A stretch of DNA of 64,000 nucleotides from a virus (lineage: Duplodnaviria > Heunggongvirae > Uroviricota > Caudoviricetes): the IMG/VR virus record IMGVR_UViG_3300011187_000002, one strand, 5' to 3'. The translations under genes and the position numbers were made by a program. This document shows, in pieces, positions 25,974 to 35,556 of this stretch. The notes under the pieces are model-generated. The model searched no databases. It worked only from the letters and a program-made list of their open reading frames with translations, and was not told the origin of the DNA. Each line of letters opens with the position of its first letter. The stretch's first letter is position 1.

Positions 25974-27032
25974 ATGAAACATGACGAACTACTAAAACAA
26001 GTGACGACGGAGCTTCAATCCAACGGTCTGTATTCCGTAGGGTTTGTTGACCCGGACTTGGTGAACAGTAAAGGCCACGACTTCCGAAAGGGGCCGTTGG
26101 AAAATGTCCTGTTTCTATCCAAGTTCGGGTCACACCTGCACGGCACAACTACGCCCACTTCCGATCTGGACCTGAAAGCTGTTTTCATGTCCTCGTTGAA
26201 CAGCATCGTACTCGGCAAAGACCGGGAAACGGTTACGTCCAGCAGTGGCGGCAAAGGGCGGAACGGTGCCGACGACCTCGATATCGAATTCATCGAAATC
26301 CGCAAGTTCCTTTCAGATGCGATGAAAGGGCAGACCTATGCCGTAGAGCTACTACACGCTACGGGCGACTGTGTGGTCTTCTCAACGGACCTGTACGCCA
26401 ATCTAAGGGATAACAAGGACAAGCTGCTTACGTCCAATGTGTGGCCGTTCGTAGGTTACTGTATGGGGCAAGCCAAAAAGTATGGCATGAAAGGTGCCCG
26501 GCTGCAGGCCACAGAAGATGCGATGCACTTCTTGATGGGCCAAAACCCGTACTACCGCGTCGAAGATATCATCGATGAAATCCCCAAAAACGAAGTGGTT
26601 TTCATCGTAGAAAAGGACCTCGACGGCCAAGACGATCCTATTGAATTGCTAGAAATCAATGGCAAGCAATTCGATATGCGGGTCAAGATTCAAGATGTGG
26701 CTAAAGTTCTAAAGAAACTCGTCGGCAAATACGGTAATCGTGCGCGGCGGGCGAAAGATGGGGTTGATTGGAAAGCGGTCAGCCACGCTTACCGGGTCAT
26801 CTTCGAACTCGAAGAGCTTCTGAAAACCGGTGGTATCCAATTCCCCCTGAAAGACCGGGATTTCCTTCGGAAAGTCAAGTTGGGTGAGGTGGATTACGAC
26901 CAAGTTCAAGACGACCTGCCCGAACTCATTGAGAAGTCTAAGGATTTGGACAGCAACTTGCCGGAAAAAGCGGATGCGGAATTTTGGGAAAAATGGACCT
27001 TGACAGCGTACCAAAAATACGTATCGTTCTAG
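25974..27032 (+). CDS. Pol-beta superfamily nucleotidyltransferase (CD-NTase/SMODS-like motif)
   Basis: 352 aa; FGSHLHGTTTPTSDLDLKAVF (GS-x9-DxD) then acidic DDLDIEFIE about 30 aa later; long helical C-terminal half; 15 nt after sigma-factor stop. Confidence 0.5.
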   Translation: MKHDELLKQVTTELQSNGLYSVGFVDPDLVNSKGHDFRKGPLENVLFLSKFGSHLHGTTTPTSDLDLKAVFMSSLNSIVLGKDRETVTSSSGGKGRNGADDLDIEFIEIRKFLSDAMKGQTYAVELLHATGDCVVFSTDLYANLRDNKDKLLTSNVWPFVGYCMGQAKKYGMKGARLQATEDAMHFLMGQNPYYRVEDIIDEIPKNEVVFIVEKDLDGQDDPIELLEINGKQFDMRVKIQDVAKVLKKLVGKYGNRARRAKDGVDWKAVSHAYRVIFELEELLKTGGIQFPLKDRDFLRKVKLGEVDYDQVQDDLPELIEKSKDLDSNLPEKADAEFWEKWTLTAYQKYVSF

Positions 27033-27108
27033 CCATCACCGCAGTGAAATGACGAACTCGACCGTAGCTTACCACCAAGGCCCACCACCCTTACTTGCCT
27101 GAGTAACT

Positions 27109-27783
27109 TCACTTACCTGTAGAACCAAACCCGCCACGGTCGAGTTCGTCAAACTCCTCAATAGCAGCTTCCACCAAATCGGGTCGAGCATAGGGAATGA
27201 AGATCACCTGAGCGAACCGGCTCCCCGCTTCGACCACGAGCGTATCTTCCGCCTTCTCTTGGTGGGTAAACACGTCGAAAATCGGCTGGTTGGGAGCACC
27301 CACCTTGAGCAACTCCGTATCTTCAGGAGTCATAGACACCCCAAATTTCCGATTAGCTTGTGCCATGTTAGTACCCAAGCCCGGTGAACTCTCAAAGGTT
27401 CCCACATACGTTTTGCGGCGGGCACCACGTTCCAGATACACCTTGAGGGTATCGTCTTTGCCCTGATAGCTCGGGTCAATGATACCTACCGTGTTGGCAA
27501 TCCGCACAGAGCGCGCCCGCTTGGTTCCGGTGCTACTTCGGGGCACGAGGAGCATGAATAGCTTGATCGGGGTCTGCACAACCACGCCAGTATCCACCAT
27601 ACGGCGGCTCTGGAACGGCATGTGGATATCGTTACCCGGAGGGGCGTACAGGTCGTATCCGGCAGAGCCGGGTTCAGCCTGCTTAGGCACCAGACCATGC
27701 TTGCCGTGAACCTTGACCTCGAAACCATCAAGTTTCAGAAGGTCGAGTCCGATTTGCAATTTCTTCTCCGTCTTTTCCGTCAT
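27109..27783 (-). CDS. dut: dUTP pyrophosphatase (dUTPase) with internal insertion
   Basis: motifs AGYDLY, PRSS, GIIDPSYQG, RGGFGSTG; 224 aa (about 55-aa insert between motifs 3 and 4). Confidence 0.8.
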   Translation of the reverse strand: MTEKTEKKLQIGLDLLKLDGFEVKVHGKHGLVPKQAEPGSAGYDLYAPPGNDIHMPFQSRRMVDTGVVVQTPIKLFMLLVPRSSTGTKRARSVRIANTVGIIDPSYQGKDDTLKVYLERGARRKTYVGTFESSPGLGTNMAQANRKFGVSMTPEDTELLKVGAPNQPIFDVFTHQEKAEDTLVVEAGSRFAQVIFIPYARPDLVEAAIEEFDELDRGGFGSTGK

Positions 27784-27979
27784 TGATCTCCCTTACTTTA
27801 CCCATCAGGGTGTTAACTACAGCAACCACGTACTTTTCGCTGGCCTCCGTCTCGATTTCCAAGCCGGGGCGTAATAGTGGGTGCCCTACTTTGATCACGT
27901 ACTTGTTATTCATGTGCGACCCAATAGAAAAAGGACCAGTCAGAACTGGCCCTTACTCTATCTTCGGTATGATCTGGTG

Positions 27980-28234
27980 TCAAGCGAGATCGGCGAACGG
28001 GTTGAACGATACCTCCTCCGTGTAGCTGGAGGGTCCGTCTACATCCGTCTTGTCGAACAGTACAACTTCCTCTTCGGCATCAACCGGAACTTCTACCTCT
28101 TGACGGCACAGGGTCCGCTCATACTCTTTGCGCGGGTCCTGAATAACCCGGTGGCCGAAGCGACCATCGTAAGCGCCAGCTTCCGCTGCGGCTTGACGAC
28201 GTGCGCCTTTCACAATGTTAAGTAGCTTGCTCAT
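27980..28234 (-). CDS. hypothetical protein
   Basis: 84-aa ORF preceded by consensus promoter. Confidence 0.4.
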   Translation of the reverse strand: MSKLLNIVKGARRQAAAEAGAYDGRFGHRVIQDPRKEYERTLCRQEVEVPVDAEEEVVLFDKTDVDGPSSYTEEVSFNPFADLA

Positions 28235-28280
28235 GTCTGACTCCGTGTGATCTTAGGTTAGTGTGCGTCCCTTACAACAC

Positions 28281-28309
28281 CTTATACCCTAACACCGGAA
28301 CCCTGTCAA
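28281..28309 (-). promoter_or_regulatory. sigma70-like promoter (TTGACA-17-TATAAG)
   Basis: minus strand TTGACAgggttccggtgttagggTATAAG upstream of ORF start 28234. Confidence 0.5.
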
Positions 28310-28330
28310 AAGTTTCTTAGCTAGAGGTGC

Positions 28331-28717
28331 CTACCTCTTTTCGATAAGGCGCTTGAAACGGTTGCCTTTCTTTTCCATATCCGTCTTGCCTTCCATCCCA
28401 AGGGGAACGAGCCGTTTAGCCAGTTCGCCGTGGTGGTCGTAAGAGGTCAAGGTCTTTACAGCTTTCCCGGACAAGAAATTATTGGTTTCCCATTCTTCAA
28501 CCGTGAAATGATCACAGTCGGATACCCGAAGACCATAGGTTTCGAGTTCCTCTTCCAACTCCGTCTCTACGGCGTCTTCACACCGTGACCGGTTATCGAA
28601 TATAGCCAGAGGGATACGCCTGCTTTCCACCGAAGCTAAAAGCACATAAACAAATGTAGGTTCGTTACTCATTGATCTCGACTCCCAAAAAGCACCTGAA
28701 ATCGGCATGGCTTCCAA
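28331..28717 (-). CDS. hypothetical protein
   Basis: 128-aa ORF. Confidence 0.45.
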   Translation of the reverse strand: MEAMPISGAFWESRSMSNEPTFVYVLLASVESRRIPLAIFDNRSRCEDAVETELEEELETYGLRVSDCDHFTVEEWETNNFLSGKAVKTLTSYDHHGELAKRLVPLGMEGKTDMEKKGNRFKRLIEKR

Positions 28718-28917
28718 CCGAACCGAACGTCAATCGTGTAGTAAGACGGGATGTAATGGGCGGCGATCAGACGACTAAGACTGATAAGGCACAGGGAAGT
28801 CTGGGGGGTAGCACTCACTACGACTATAACGTCACCATCCATACAAAAAGACACGTCCCAGACACCGGGGTATTCGTTCATGATCGTGTCTTTGACGTGG
28901 CTTTCAAGGGGTGGCAT
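28669..28917 (-). CDS. hypothetical protein
   Basis: 82-aa ORF, 49-nt overlap with downstream gene (start uncertain). Confidence 0.35.
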   Translation of the reverse strand: MPPLESHVKDTIMNEYPGVWDVSFCMDGDVIVVVSATPQTSLCLISLSRLIAAHYIPSYYTIDVRFGWKPCRFQVLFGSRDQ

Positions 28918-28921
28918 AGCC

Positions 28922-29146
28922 TTAGCTCGGAAATTCTCTTTCGAGGTCCACTTCGGAGACTATTGACAGTCTTCGAAGCGCTGCCTCGGGATTATTAGAG
29001 AAATGCCGAAGGTCTTGCACTCGGGGATCATTTTCCGCCTCGGCCCGTTCAAGAGCCTTACGATAAAGGCGCTCCCACTTTACTTGCACCTTCGACTTGC
29101 CCGGTTTGGGTTTCCGAAGATACTTGCGCATCGTGCGTTTCGGCAT
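28922..29146 (-). CDS. hypothetical basic protein
   Basis: 74-aa Lys/Arg-rich ORF. Confidence 0.4.
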   Translation of the reverse strand: MPKRTMRKYLRKPKPGKSKVQVKWERLYRKALERAEAENDPRVQDLRHFSNNPEAALRRLSIVSEVDLEREFPS

Positions 29147-29147
29147 A

Positions 29148-29582
29148 TCAACTACCTTCGCCGGGCCGCTTGACCTTTCCGTTGTCGATCTCCATAACGG
29201 TCTTGCCTTTGGTTCCCGGCATAAAAATCCTCTTGAATTCCGTACTGATCTTATCGAGGGCTATATCCCACACAAGATCAATCTGTAGTCCCGCCGTAAC
29301 TGGAAGTGCTTGGTTGTGGTAACGGGTCGACTTAGTATCTTCGAAAACCGTCCTACCGTCCCTCAGCTTCAAGCGAAGCGTAAAGAAATTGACAGGCACT
29401 TGGATGTCCACAGGCTTGACGAACTCCATCATAAAGCGCACCTGAAGCCGCTTGTCGCCCGCCGTGATAGTAGGGTTGTTGTGGTAGCCCCAACCTACAA
29501 CCTCTACGTAGGCGTCTTGCCCTTCAATCATTCGTTGGAGGCTTTCCTGCTCATCGTCCAGTAAAGGTGTGTATGATGCCAT
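29148..29582 (-). CDS. hypothetical protein
   Basis: 144-aa ORF. Confidence 0.5.
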   Translation of the reverse strand: MASYTPLLDDEQESLQRMIEGQDAYVEVVGWGYHNNPTITAGDKRLQVRFMMEFVKPVDIQVPVNFFTLRLKLRDGRTVFEDTKSTRYHNQALPVTAGLQIDLVWDIALDKISTEFKRIFMPGTKGKTVMEIDNGKVKRPGEGS

Positions 29583-29587
29583 GCCTT

Positions 29588-30031
29588 TTAACTCCCATCG
29601 TCTTCTTTATTCAGGATTTGAATTTTGTAGGCGCGATCTCGACCGTCCCGGCCTCGGCGCACCATAAATCTAACACTGTCACCTTCGGTCAAACCGAGAT
29701 CACGTTGTTCCTCTACGATATCCGTAAAGTGGGCAAAAACATCCGCTTTTCCCTCACGCTCTACGAATCCGTAACCACGATCTTCGTTGTAGAACTTGAC
29801 TAAACCCTCCTCTTCGGATAGGTCCGGTGGTCCTACACGGGTGACTTCGATCGCCTGCCAACCTTTGTGGCCGCGCACCGCTTTGAATTCCACTTCTTCA
29901 TCTTCAAGTAGAATATCCCCATTCTGGATATCTGTGACATGGACAAAGTAATCCTCGTCCCCCTCACAAATAAACCCGAAGCCCTTCATATAGTTGAAGA
30001 ACTTAACTTTCCCGCGCTTCAATTCGCTCAC
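29588..30031 (-). CDS. tandem cold-shock-domain protein
   Basis: two CSDs: GKVKFFNYMKGFGFI and GLVKFYNEDRGYGFV (RNP1-like KGFGFI / RGYGFV); GTG start. Confidence 0.8.
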   Translation of the reverse strand: MSELKRGKVKFFNYMKGFGFICEGDEDYFVHVTDIQNGDILLEDEEVEFKAVRGHKGWQAIEVTRVGPPDLSEEEGLVKFYNEDRGYGFVEREGKADVFAHFTDIVEEQRDLGLTEGDSVRFMVRRGRDGRDRAYKIQILNKEDDGS

Positions 30032-30099
30032 TACGTCATCTCACTGGTATCAGAGTTTGACCGTACAAGTGTCAGCGAGCGTGGAAAATAAATACATTA

Positions 30100-30486
30100 T
30101 CAACCGCTTGTAGCTTGGGGATCAACGCCTTCAGCTTCTTCTGACTTGGCAACATCTGTGAAGAATGTGATCACCGCCAATACCGCCAAATACTCTTGCT
30201 GATATTCTTGGGCCGTCGTCACCATGATCTCCGGGTCCATCCGGGCGTCACTTTCCAGATCGAAATGCCCATTATAACCCATACGAAGCTGTACCCAAAA
30301 ATTCATTTCGAGCGCCTGCTCCAACACATAAATACTGTTCAGAGCCTCGTCCAACTTGTCCGTGTGATCTGCAAGCCCGTCCTTGAGCACCTCAGCCACA
30401 TCTTCGATCTGCGTTAGTGTCTTGGCGACGTGGGTATTGATCGGGTTCTCATATTGCTTACGCCTACGTCGGTTTTTCTTGGACAT
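30100..30486 (-). CDS. hypothetical protein
   Basis: 128-aa ORF. Confidence 0.45.
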   Translation of the reverse strand: MSKKNRRRRKQYENPINTHVAKTLTQIEDVAEVLKDGLADHTDKLDEALNSIYVLEQALEMNFWVQLRMGYNGHFDLESDARMDPEIMVTTAQEYQQEYLAVLAVITFFTDVAKSEEAEGVDPQATSG

Positions 30487-30806
30487 TACTCGTCCTCGGC
30501 GTCAGGATCTTTTGGCGTGGTCGGGTTAGCTTCCGCCAACCGTTGTGCATCATTGTACCGGTTGATCTTATCCATCAATTCCTGATTGGCGATGGTCTGG
30601 TCTTTGACCATCGTGTCCGGGTTGCTGGCGAACTTGATGAACACATCATCCACCTCCGGGCATTTCAGTCCACATTCAACGATGGAGTCCCGCGCCGCTG
30701 GGACACGGGTAAGAATCGAAAACAGCATCTCTTCGGGCATCGTGTACAACTGACACTTGCCTTGCGAATACCAATAGCAACCTAGCTGGTGTTTCTTTTC
30801 CGCCAT
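30486..30806 (-). CDS. hypothetical protein
   Basis: 106-aa ORF; ATGA overlaps both sides. Confidence 0.45.
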   Translation of the reverse strand: MAEKKHQLGCYWYSQGKCQLYTMPEEMLFSILTRVPAARDSIVECGLKCPEVDDVFIKFASNPDTMVKDQTIANQELMDKINRYNDAQRLAEANPTTPKDPDAEDE

Positions 30807-32188
30807 TAAAAGTCCTCCTCGTCGCCGTCCATCTCATCGAAATGGGGACTCCCATCCCGTTGGTCAATAGAATGGACGCTCAACCCCTCGGGACGGTATT
30901 GGGAAGGACGCCACTGGTCGGAAAAGGTGAGATCCCTCGGGTCGAATTCAATGCTATCCCAATCATCGCCCACATCACCCATAACCACCCGACGAATAAT
31001 CTCGCGAATGTGGGCACCGGACAGCTTCTTATCACCGCTAATATTGGAAATCACTTCCAACTGGCCTTCCGTAAGCTCCACGCCTTCAAGTCCTGCAAGA
31101 TACTGAATCACGCGGCCACGAACTTCCGGGGGCGGCGGGGCAATTTCCCAAATCTCATCGAACCGGCCCGGTCGCTTAATCGCATCCGGCAGTCGGTCGA
31201 GGTGGTTGGTCGTCGCCAGTAACAGCGGAACGTGGTTTTCCGTCTCTTCAAACAGCGACAAAAGCCGTTCGAGGTTGGACTTCATGCGGTCGATGTCGTC
31301 AATGATCACAACATCTGGCTGTACGATTTCCAAAGCGTCGGCGAAATACTTCACCGAATTGGCCTCGATAATCGTGTCGATAGGGACGTAAAGCACGTTG
31401 GCCCCAATATCTACCCCAAGCTGGCGGGCCAGAGTACTCTTGCCGGTTCCGGGAGGACCGTGAAGGATGATGAACCGTCGAATATCCAATTCGAACGCCT
31501 TTTTCCAGCGCTCAATCAGCGTAACCCCGAACTCACCTTCGTAACGCCACGGGTGATCGGGTTTCTTACGGAAAGAAAATTCGCGGTTTTGACCCCACAG
31601 CATCTCTACTTGGGTGCCATGTTTTTTCCACAACACACGAGCCAACACCTTCTTGACATGCGCCTTGTCGAAATCTTTGGAGCAAATGATCTCCGTATAC
31701 TCCATACCGTCACTATACCAATAGACGGGGATGTATTTTACCTCATCCTCGTCCTTCACGGTAAAGACATAACGGTACAGGGTGGGGCCTTTGCGTTTCT
31801 GGTCCCCATCGGAAGACTCTAATTCTTCGATGCGTTCAGGGTCGAACAACTGCACGAAAAGGTGCGACACATCATCGGTCGTAAGCTCATGGCCCTTTTC
31901 CTTGAGAGCATTGAACTTCTTTAGAGCCGCTGGTGTCGTGACCTTATCGAACTCGTAGAAAACCTCCGCCGTCTTAGCGACAGCGTGGGCAATCGAAAAC
32001 GGATTACTTGGTTTGACTCCCTTTGCTACTTTGAAAAGGCGCTCGGCCTTGCGAATAGTATCCTTGACCTCTTTCTTGTTGTAGAAATCACGGGCTTTCT
32101 TGACGGCTTCCTTGACAGCGCCGTCTTCCGGGAGATCATCGGGGGGTGCTGCACCCGGCCCGATATCCTCAAACGGGTTGTCGCTCAT
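30806..32188 (-). CDS. AAA+ ATPase (classic AAA clade)
   Basis: Walker A ILHGPPGTGKSTLA, Walker B VVIIDDIDRM, sensor-1/Arg-finger region LLLATTNHLDRLPDAIKRPGRFD. Confidence 0.8.
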   Translation of the reverse strand: MSDNPFEDIGPGAAPPDDLPEDGAVKEAVKKARDFYNKKEVKDTIRKAERLFKVAKGVKPSNPFSIAHAVAKTAEVFYEFDKVTTPAALKKFNALKEKGHELTTDDVSHLFVQLFDPERIEELESSDGDQKRKGPTLYRYVFTVKDEDEVKYIPVYWYSDGMEYTEIICSKDFDKAHVKKVLARVLWKKHGTQVEMLWGQNREFSFRKKPDHPWRYEGEFGVTLIERWKKAFELDIRRFIILHGPPGTGKSTLARQLGVDIGANVLYVPIDTIIEANSVKYFADALEIVQPDVVIIDDIDRMKSNLERLLSLFEETENHVPLLLATTNHLDRLPDAIKRPGRFDEIWEIAPPPPEVRGRVIQYLAGLEGVELTEGQLEVISNISGDKKLSGAHIREIIRRVVMGDVGDDWDSIEFDPRDLTFSDQWRPSQYRPEGLSVHSIDQRDGSPHFDEMDGDEEDF

Positions 32189-32256
32189 TTACATCCTCAG
32201 GGATTTGATCACGAGCCAATAGTTACGTAAGACTATATAGCCCGACCCCTAAGATT

Positions 32257-33135
32257 TCAAGCGTCTTTTGGTACCTTTGTAAATGGTACGTAGCAATATT
32301 CGCAACCCGAAGCGCACCCGAACTGTTTACCTTGGCAGGGGTCAAGCGAAAGCTGGCACCCACAACCGTTCTCGTCTATCTGTGGCGTGTCCATCCCGAA
32401 AACCCGGTCAAGGGTGCCTCTGTCCAGACAACGTGTCTCAAAGGCGTTCTCAGCCAGTCCTGCGTCGAGGGTTTTCAGCAGTCGCAAGTCGTCGGCACAA
32501 GTGCCCACACGAATGCCGTGGAACTTCGCCATACCGACCAAGCGCCTTACCACGTCGGCGCGGGCTTCTTCTTCGTCGGGGATAGCGTCGTGGGCGTAGC
32601 CCTTATCCCAATGCGGACTAGGCTGTAGGAGGCTGATATCCACCTCGTCGATCCCGTACAACTTCATCCACTGGCACAGGGTGGTGAACTTTTTCCGACG
32701 CACCTTGCCTGCCGTGTTTTGATAGCCAAAGTCGTTAGGAATCGGGCTGTACCGCCAACGTACCTTTTCAGGGCCAACCAATTCGATATGGTTGCCAAAG
32801 GCTTCTAGTTGCTCTTTCAGGGGCGGTACGCGGGTTTCGACCTCGTGCCATCCCGTGATAGTCACCGCCGTAAACACACGATAGGGCGCAAGCCACGTCT
32901 GCATCGCCGACGTCAGTTTGGGCGGGTATTTGGTCCAGAAAAATAGCGAATGGATTTCGTCCGGGTCCGCTTTCCAGAACGAAAGAGAAAGGGATTTCGG
33001 GTCTGTCGCCGGGATAACACCCTTGACAGTCATCATATCCTGCAGCCACGGCATGTACCAGTGAGCTACATCAGTCCAGCGGGATAGTGATATTGGTAGG
33101 CCCCGCTCAAGCGAGCTTTTAAGGGGGATAGCCAT
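32257..33135 (-). CDS. hypothetical protein with C-terminal cysteine cluster (possible Fe-S site)
   Basis: 292 aa ending ENGCGCQLSLDPCQGKQFGCASGCEYCYVPF (CxC-x7-C-x6-C-x3-C-x2-C). Confidence 0.5.
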   Translation of the reverse strand: MAIPLKSSLERGLPISLSRWTDVAHWYMPWLQDMMTVKGVIPATDPKSLSLSFWKADPDEIHSLFFWTKYPPKLTSAMQTWLAPYRVFTAVTITGWHEVETRVPPLKEQLEAFGNHIELVGPEKVRWRYSPIPNDFGYQNTAGKVRRKKFTTLCQWMKLYGIDEVDISLLQPSPHWDKGYAHDAIPDEEEARADVVRRLVGMAKFHGIRVGTCADDLRLLKTLDAGLAENAFETRCLDRGTLDRVFGMDTPQIDENGCGCQLSLDPCQGKQFGCASGCEYCYVPFTKVPKDA

Positions 33136-33172
33136 ACGTATCGTCTCGTAGGGGTAACGTTCAACGTTACGT

Positions 33173-33201
33173 ATGGTACCCTATCCCTCGGGGTCCGTCA
33201 A
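33173..33201 (-). promoter_or_regulatory. sigma70-like promoter (TTGACG-17-TACCAT)
   Basis: minus strand TTGACGgaccccgagggatagggTACCAT upstream of ORF start 33135; weak -10. Confidence 0.3.
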
Positions 33202-33204
33202 TCG

Positions 33205-33735
33205 TCAAGAGAAGGGTTCCTCAGCTTGGGCTTGTGCTTGTTCTTTTCGTACCACCGCTTGCTTACCGATTTCCCACGGCCACGGTCGTATTTGTTTTTG
33301 GCGCTTTTTTCCGGGGTTGCGCTCGTAATCCCGTCGCCTTTCGCGATTCTCCGACCTGTTTTTGACCGGCTTGCGGTCGTGGTATTTACGACCTTTGCTT
33401 AACGCATCGACGCCCGCATCGAAATCTTCCTCTTGCTCTTCAGTCAAAATCGTGAAGTCCATATACTCGTCTTCGACCGAATCTTCGTACCGGCTGCCCG
33501 GATCACTAAGAGGCGCTTCGGCATAGAGGAAATCATCTTCTTGTGCCTCATCCCAATCATCAGGCAAAATCATCGGCTCTTCGCTTACCGAAAAGCTACT
33601 GTCTTTACACGAGCAATCGTCGCAATTGCCGTCACAGTCGCCGCCGCAATCACCACCGCAGCCACAAGAGGCACTACGGTAGAGATCTTCAACATGCGAG
33701 TAAAGTTGTGACGCTGTACGTACTAGATCAATCAT
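33205..33735 (-). CDS. hypothetical Cys-rich acidic protein
   Basis: 176 aa; SCGCGGDCGGDCDGNCDDCSC cluster, acidic middle, basic C-terminus. Confidence 0.45.
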   Translation of the reverse strand: MIDLVRTASQLYSHVEDLYRSASCGCGGDCGGDCDGNCDDCSCKDSSFSVSEEPMILPDDWDEAQEDDFLYAEAPLSDPGSRYEDSVEDEYMDFTILTEEQEEDFDAGVDALSKGRKYHDRKPVKNRSENRERRRDYERNPGKKRQKQIRPWPWEIGKQAVVRKEQAQAQAEEPFS

Positions 33736-34424
33736 ATTTTCTCCTCAAAGGTAAGGGCTTTTGCCCCAAAAGTGTCAGTTGAACGATGGCAACCCACGCA
33801 TAGTGTACGACCATTGCTTAGATCCCAAACCTCCGGTGTATTACGAGCATCTTCCACACAAGCCACACCAGAGGTGCGTAGCAGGTGAGACAAGGGGATG
33901 ATATGATCTGCTTGAAGATCCCCACCTCGGACTCCACAGTTCTGGCACGTCCAGTCGTCCCTCTCAAATATCGAAGATCTCCACTCAGAATACTCCGGCA
34001 TATTACGAACCGAATCCCAAATATGGCTACGTCCATCAATATATTGGGGATGGTCTGGCCCGGATAGCTCACCTAAAGGAGGTCTACGTGGTATATTATG
34101 CCGTTTTAACCATCGGTGGACGGTAGTGGTACTACTTCCGGCTTCATCTGCAATGGCCTGAATACTAAGACGCTCACTTAAATATTTTTCTCGCAACCAA
34201 TCTGCGTCTGTGTGTTTCCCGCCCTTATACAAGGGATGCTCTTCAATAGGCAACTTAGAGGCTGCTGCGAGAGAAGGCCGGGCAGGTATATCATGCCGCT
34301 TCAACCATGTGGAGATGGTTCTAGCAGCTACACCACATATTGACCCAATCTTGGTAGTGGAGAGCCCTTTATCCATATACTGCTCACGCAGCCAACCTGC
34401 ATTTCTGTACTTCGGGTCACTCAT
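33732..34424 (-). CDS. HNH endonuclease with two N-terminal sigma-70-region-4-like HTH repeats
   Basis: two repeats (GLSTTKIGSICGVAARTISTWLKRHDIP / LSIQAIADEAGSSTTTVHRWLKRHNIP) then HNH CQNCGVRGGDLQADHIIPLS...NGRTLCVGCH. Confidence 0.75.
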   Translation of the reverse strand: MSDPKYRNAGWLREQYMDKGLSTTKIGSICGVAARTISTWLKRHDIPARPSLAAASKLPIEEHPLYKGGKHTDADWLREKYLSERLSIQAIADEAGSSTTTVHRWLKRHNIPRRPPLGELSGPDHPQYIDGRSHIWDSVRNMPEYSEWRSSIFERDDWTCQNCGVRGGDLQADHIIPLSHLLRTSGVACVEDARNTPEVWDLSNGRTLCVGCHRSTDTFGAKALTFEEKI

Positions 34425-35505
34425 AACCTAGCAACCCTCTGACCTTAGCATGGAAGTGACGGACACCCTCCACGCCCAAAGACCCTAAAATTTTAGGCCT
34501 CTCAAATTCTCTATCTCTGTCCAAATACTCAACAAAGTCACACTGGCCGGGCTTCGGTTTGGCAGGGTTAGGTACATCTGTCCACCACGTCGTTACGAGC
34601 CGGGCAGATCTATTGTCCACCACAAACACAACGGTCAAACCTATCTTACGAGCGTCGAAACGGACTGGCTCGCCATAGGCTAGCTGTTCAAAAATCTTGC
34701 GTGCTTTGGGCTTCATGTTCTGGGCGTCACGCTTTCGAGCAGCGTACCACCGGCTAAACTCGTCCAAAGCCTTTTGCATCTCGGGTACGGTAATACCACG
34801 CTGATCCATCCGGTACTGAGAGTGGGCCGTCAGTTCCAACTGGCTGAACAAGTCAATTTTGGTGGGGATCTTCTTGGGGTCGTAGATTTTGTCTGCCTGT
34901 GCATTCGACAGCTCCTTACCCCTCTGAATATCCTCAATCAGCTCACCCTTGATCCTGTCAGGGAGACGCTCTTCTTCGATGTTGCGGATGATATGGCAAG
35001 GGCCACCCGGAATACCAAGCGGCGTCGATCTAGCATTTACAGCGCGATTCACAGGGGACTCCTTTGTTACCCATTGTGCGTTTTCATCTCGTCCTAACGT
35101 CACGACGCCTACCGATTCACCGTGTTTCCACGCCTGCAACTCGAACTCGTTGAACATCGTTCGCCCGTACATATCCCGCGAATGATCACGGGTCTTGTCC
35201 ATGAGCATCACCTTGATATCGTACAGGGGCTCAAAAGGGATCGCCAATTGCATTTCCGCCAAATCTTCACGGTTGATGATTGCCGTCTGTGCGCCTACCG
35301 CTTCCCAATTGGGAGCCAGTTTGTATTCGGTGTTCAAGCGGCTTAGATAAACCGAAGCTGGATCTTCGAGGCGGTCTGGTCGGGCCTCTAGCAACTCAAC
35401 TTTCCCGTCTATGACGAGAAAATAAAGGTATGTGATTTCGCCTATCATGAGCATCGGGAAAGCCTCCTTGAGGTTCTGTGCCCACGGAGTACAAAAGGAA
35501 AACAA
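34417..35505 (-). CDS. hypothetical protein
   Basis: 362-aa ORF between two HNH genes. Confidence 0.5.
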   Translation of the reverse strand: MFSFCTPWAQNLKEAFPMLMIGEITYLYFLVIDGKVELLEARPDRLEDPASVYLSRLNTEYKLAPNWEAVGAQTAIINREDLAEMQLAIPFEPLYDIKVMLMDKTRDHSRDMYGRTMFNEFELQAWKHGESVGVVTLGRDENAQWVTKESPVNRAVNARSTPLGIPGGPCHIIRNIEEERLPDRIKGELIEDIQRGKELSNAQADKIYDPKKIPTKIDLFSQLELTAHSQYRMDQRGITVPEMQKALDEFSRWYAARKRDAQNMKPKARKIFEQLAYGEPVRFDARKIGLTVVFVVDNRSARLVTTWWTDVPNPAKPKPGQCDFVEYLDRDREFERPKILGSLGVEGVRHFHAKVRGLLGYE

Positions 35506-35537
35506 AAAGCCCGGCGTTTGAAGGCCGGGCTTTTCTC
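35503..35537. terminator. bidirectional rho-independent terminator
   Basis: AAAAA-GCCCGGC-gtttgaag-GCCGGGC-TTTT; perfect 7-bp GC stem with A-tract and T-tract on either side; just downstream of HNH gene stop. Confidence 0.6.
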
Positions 35538-35556
35538 GGTATAGAACGTATAAGGA

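Noticed and set aside
27728-27913. 61-aa ORF overlapping dut start
   Set aside because: Overlaps the dut N-terminus in another frame; no independent support.
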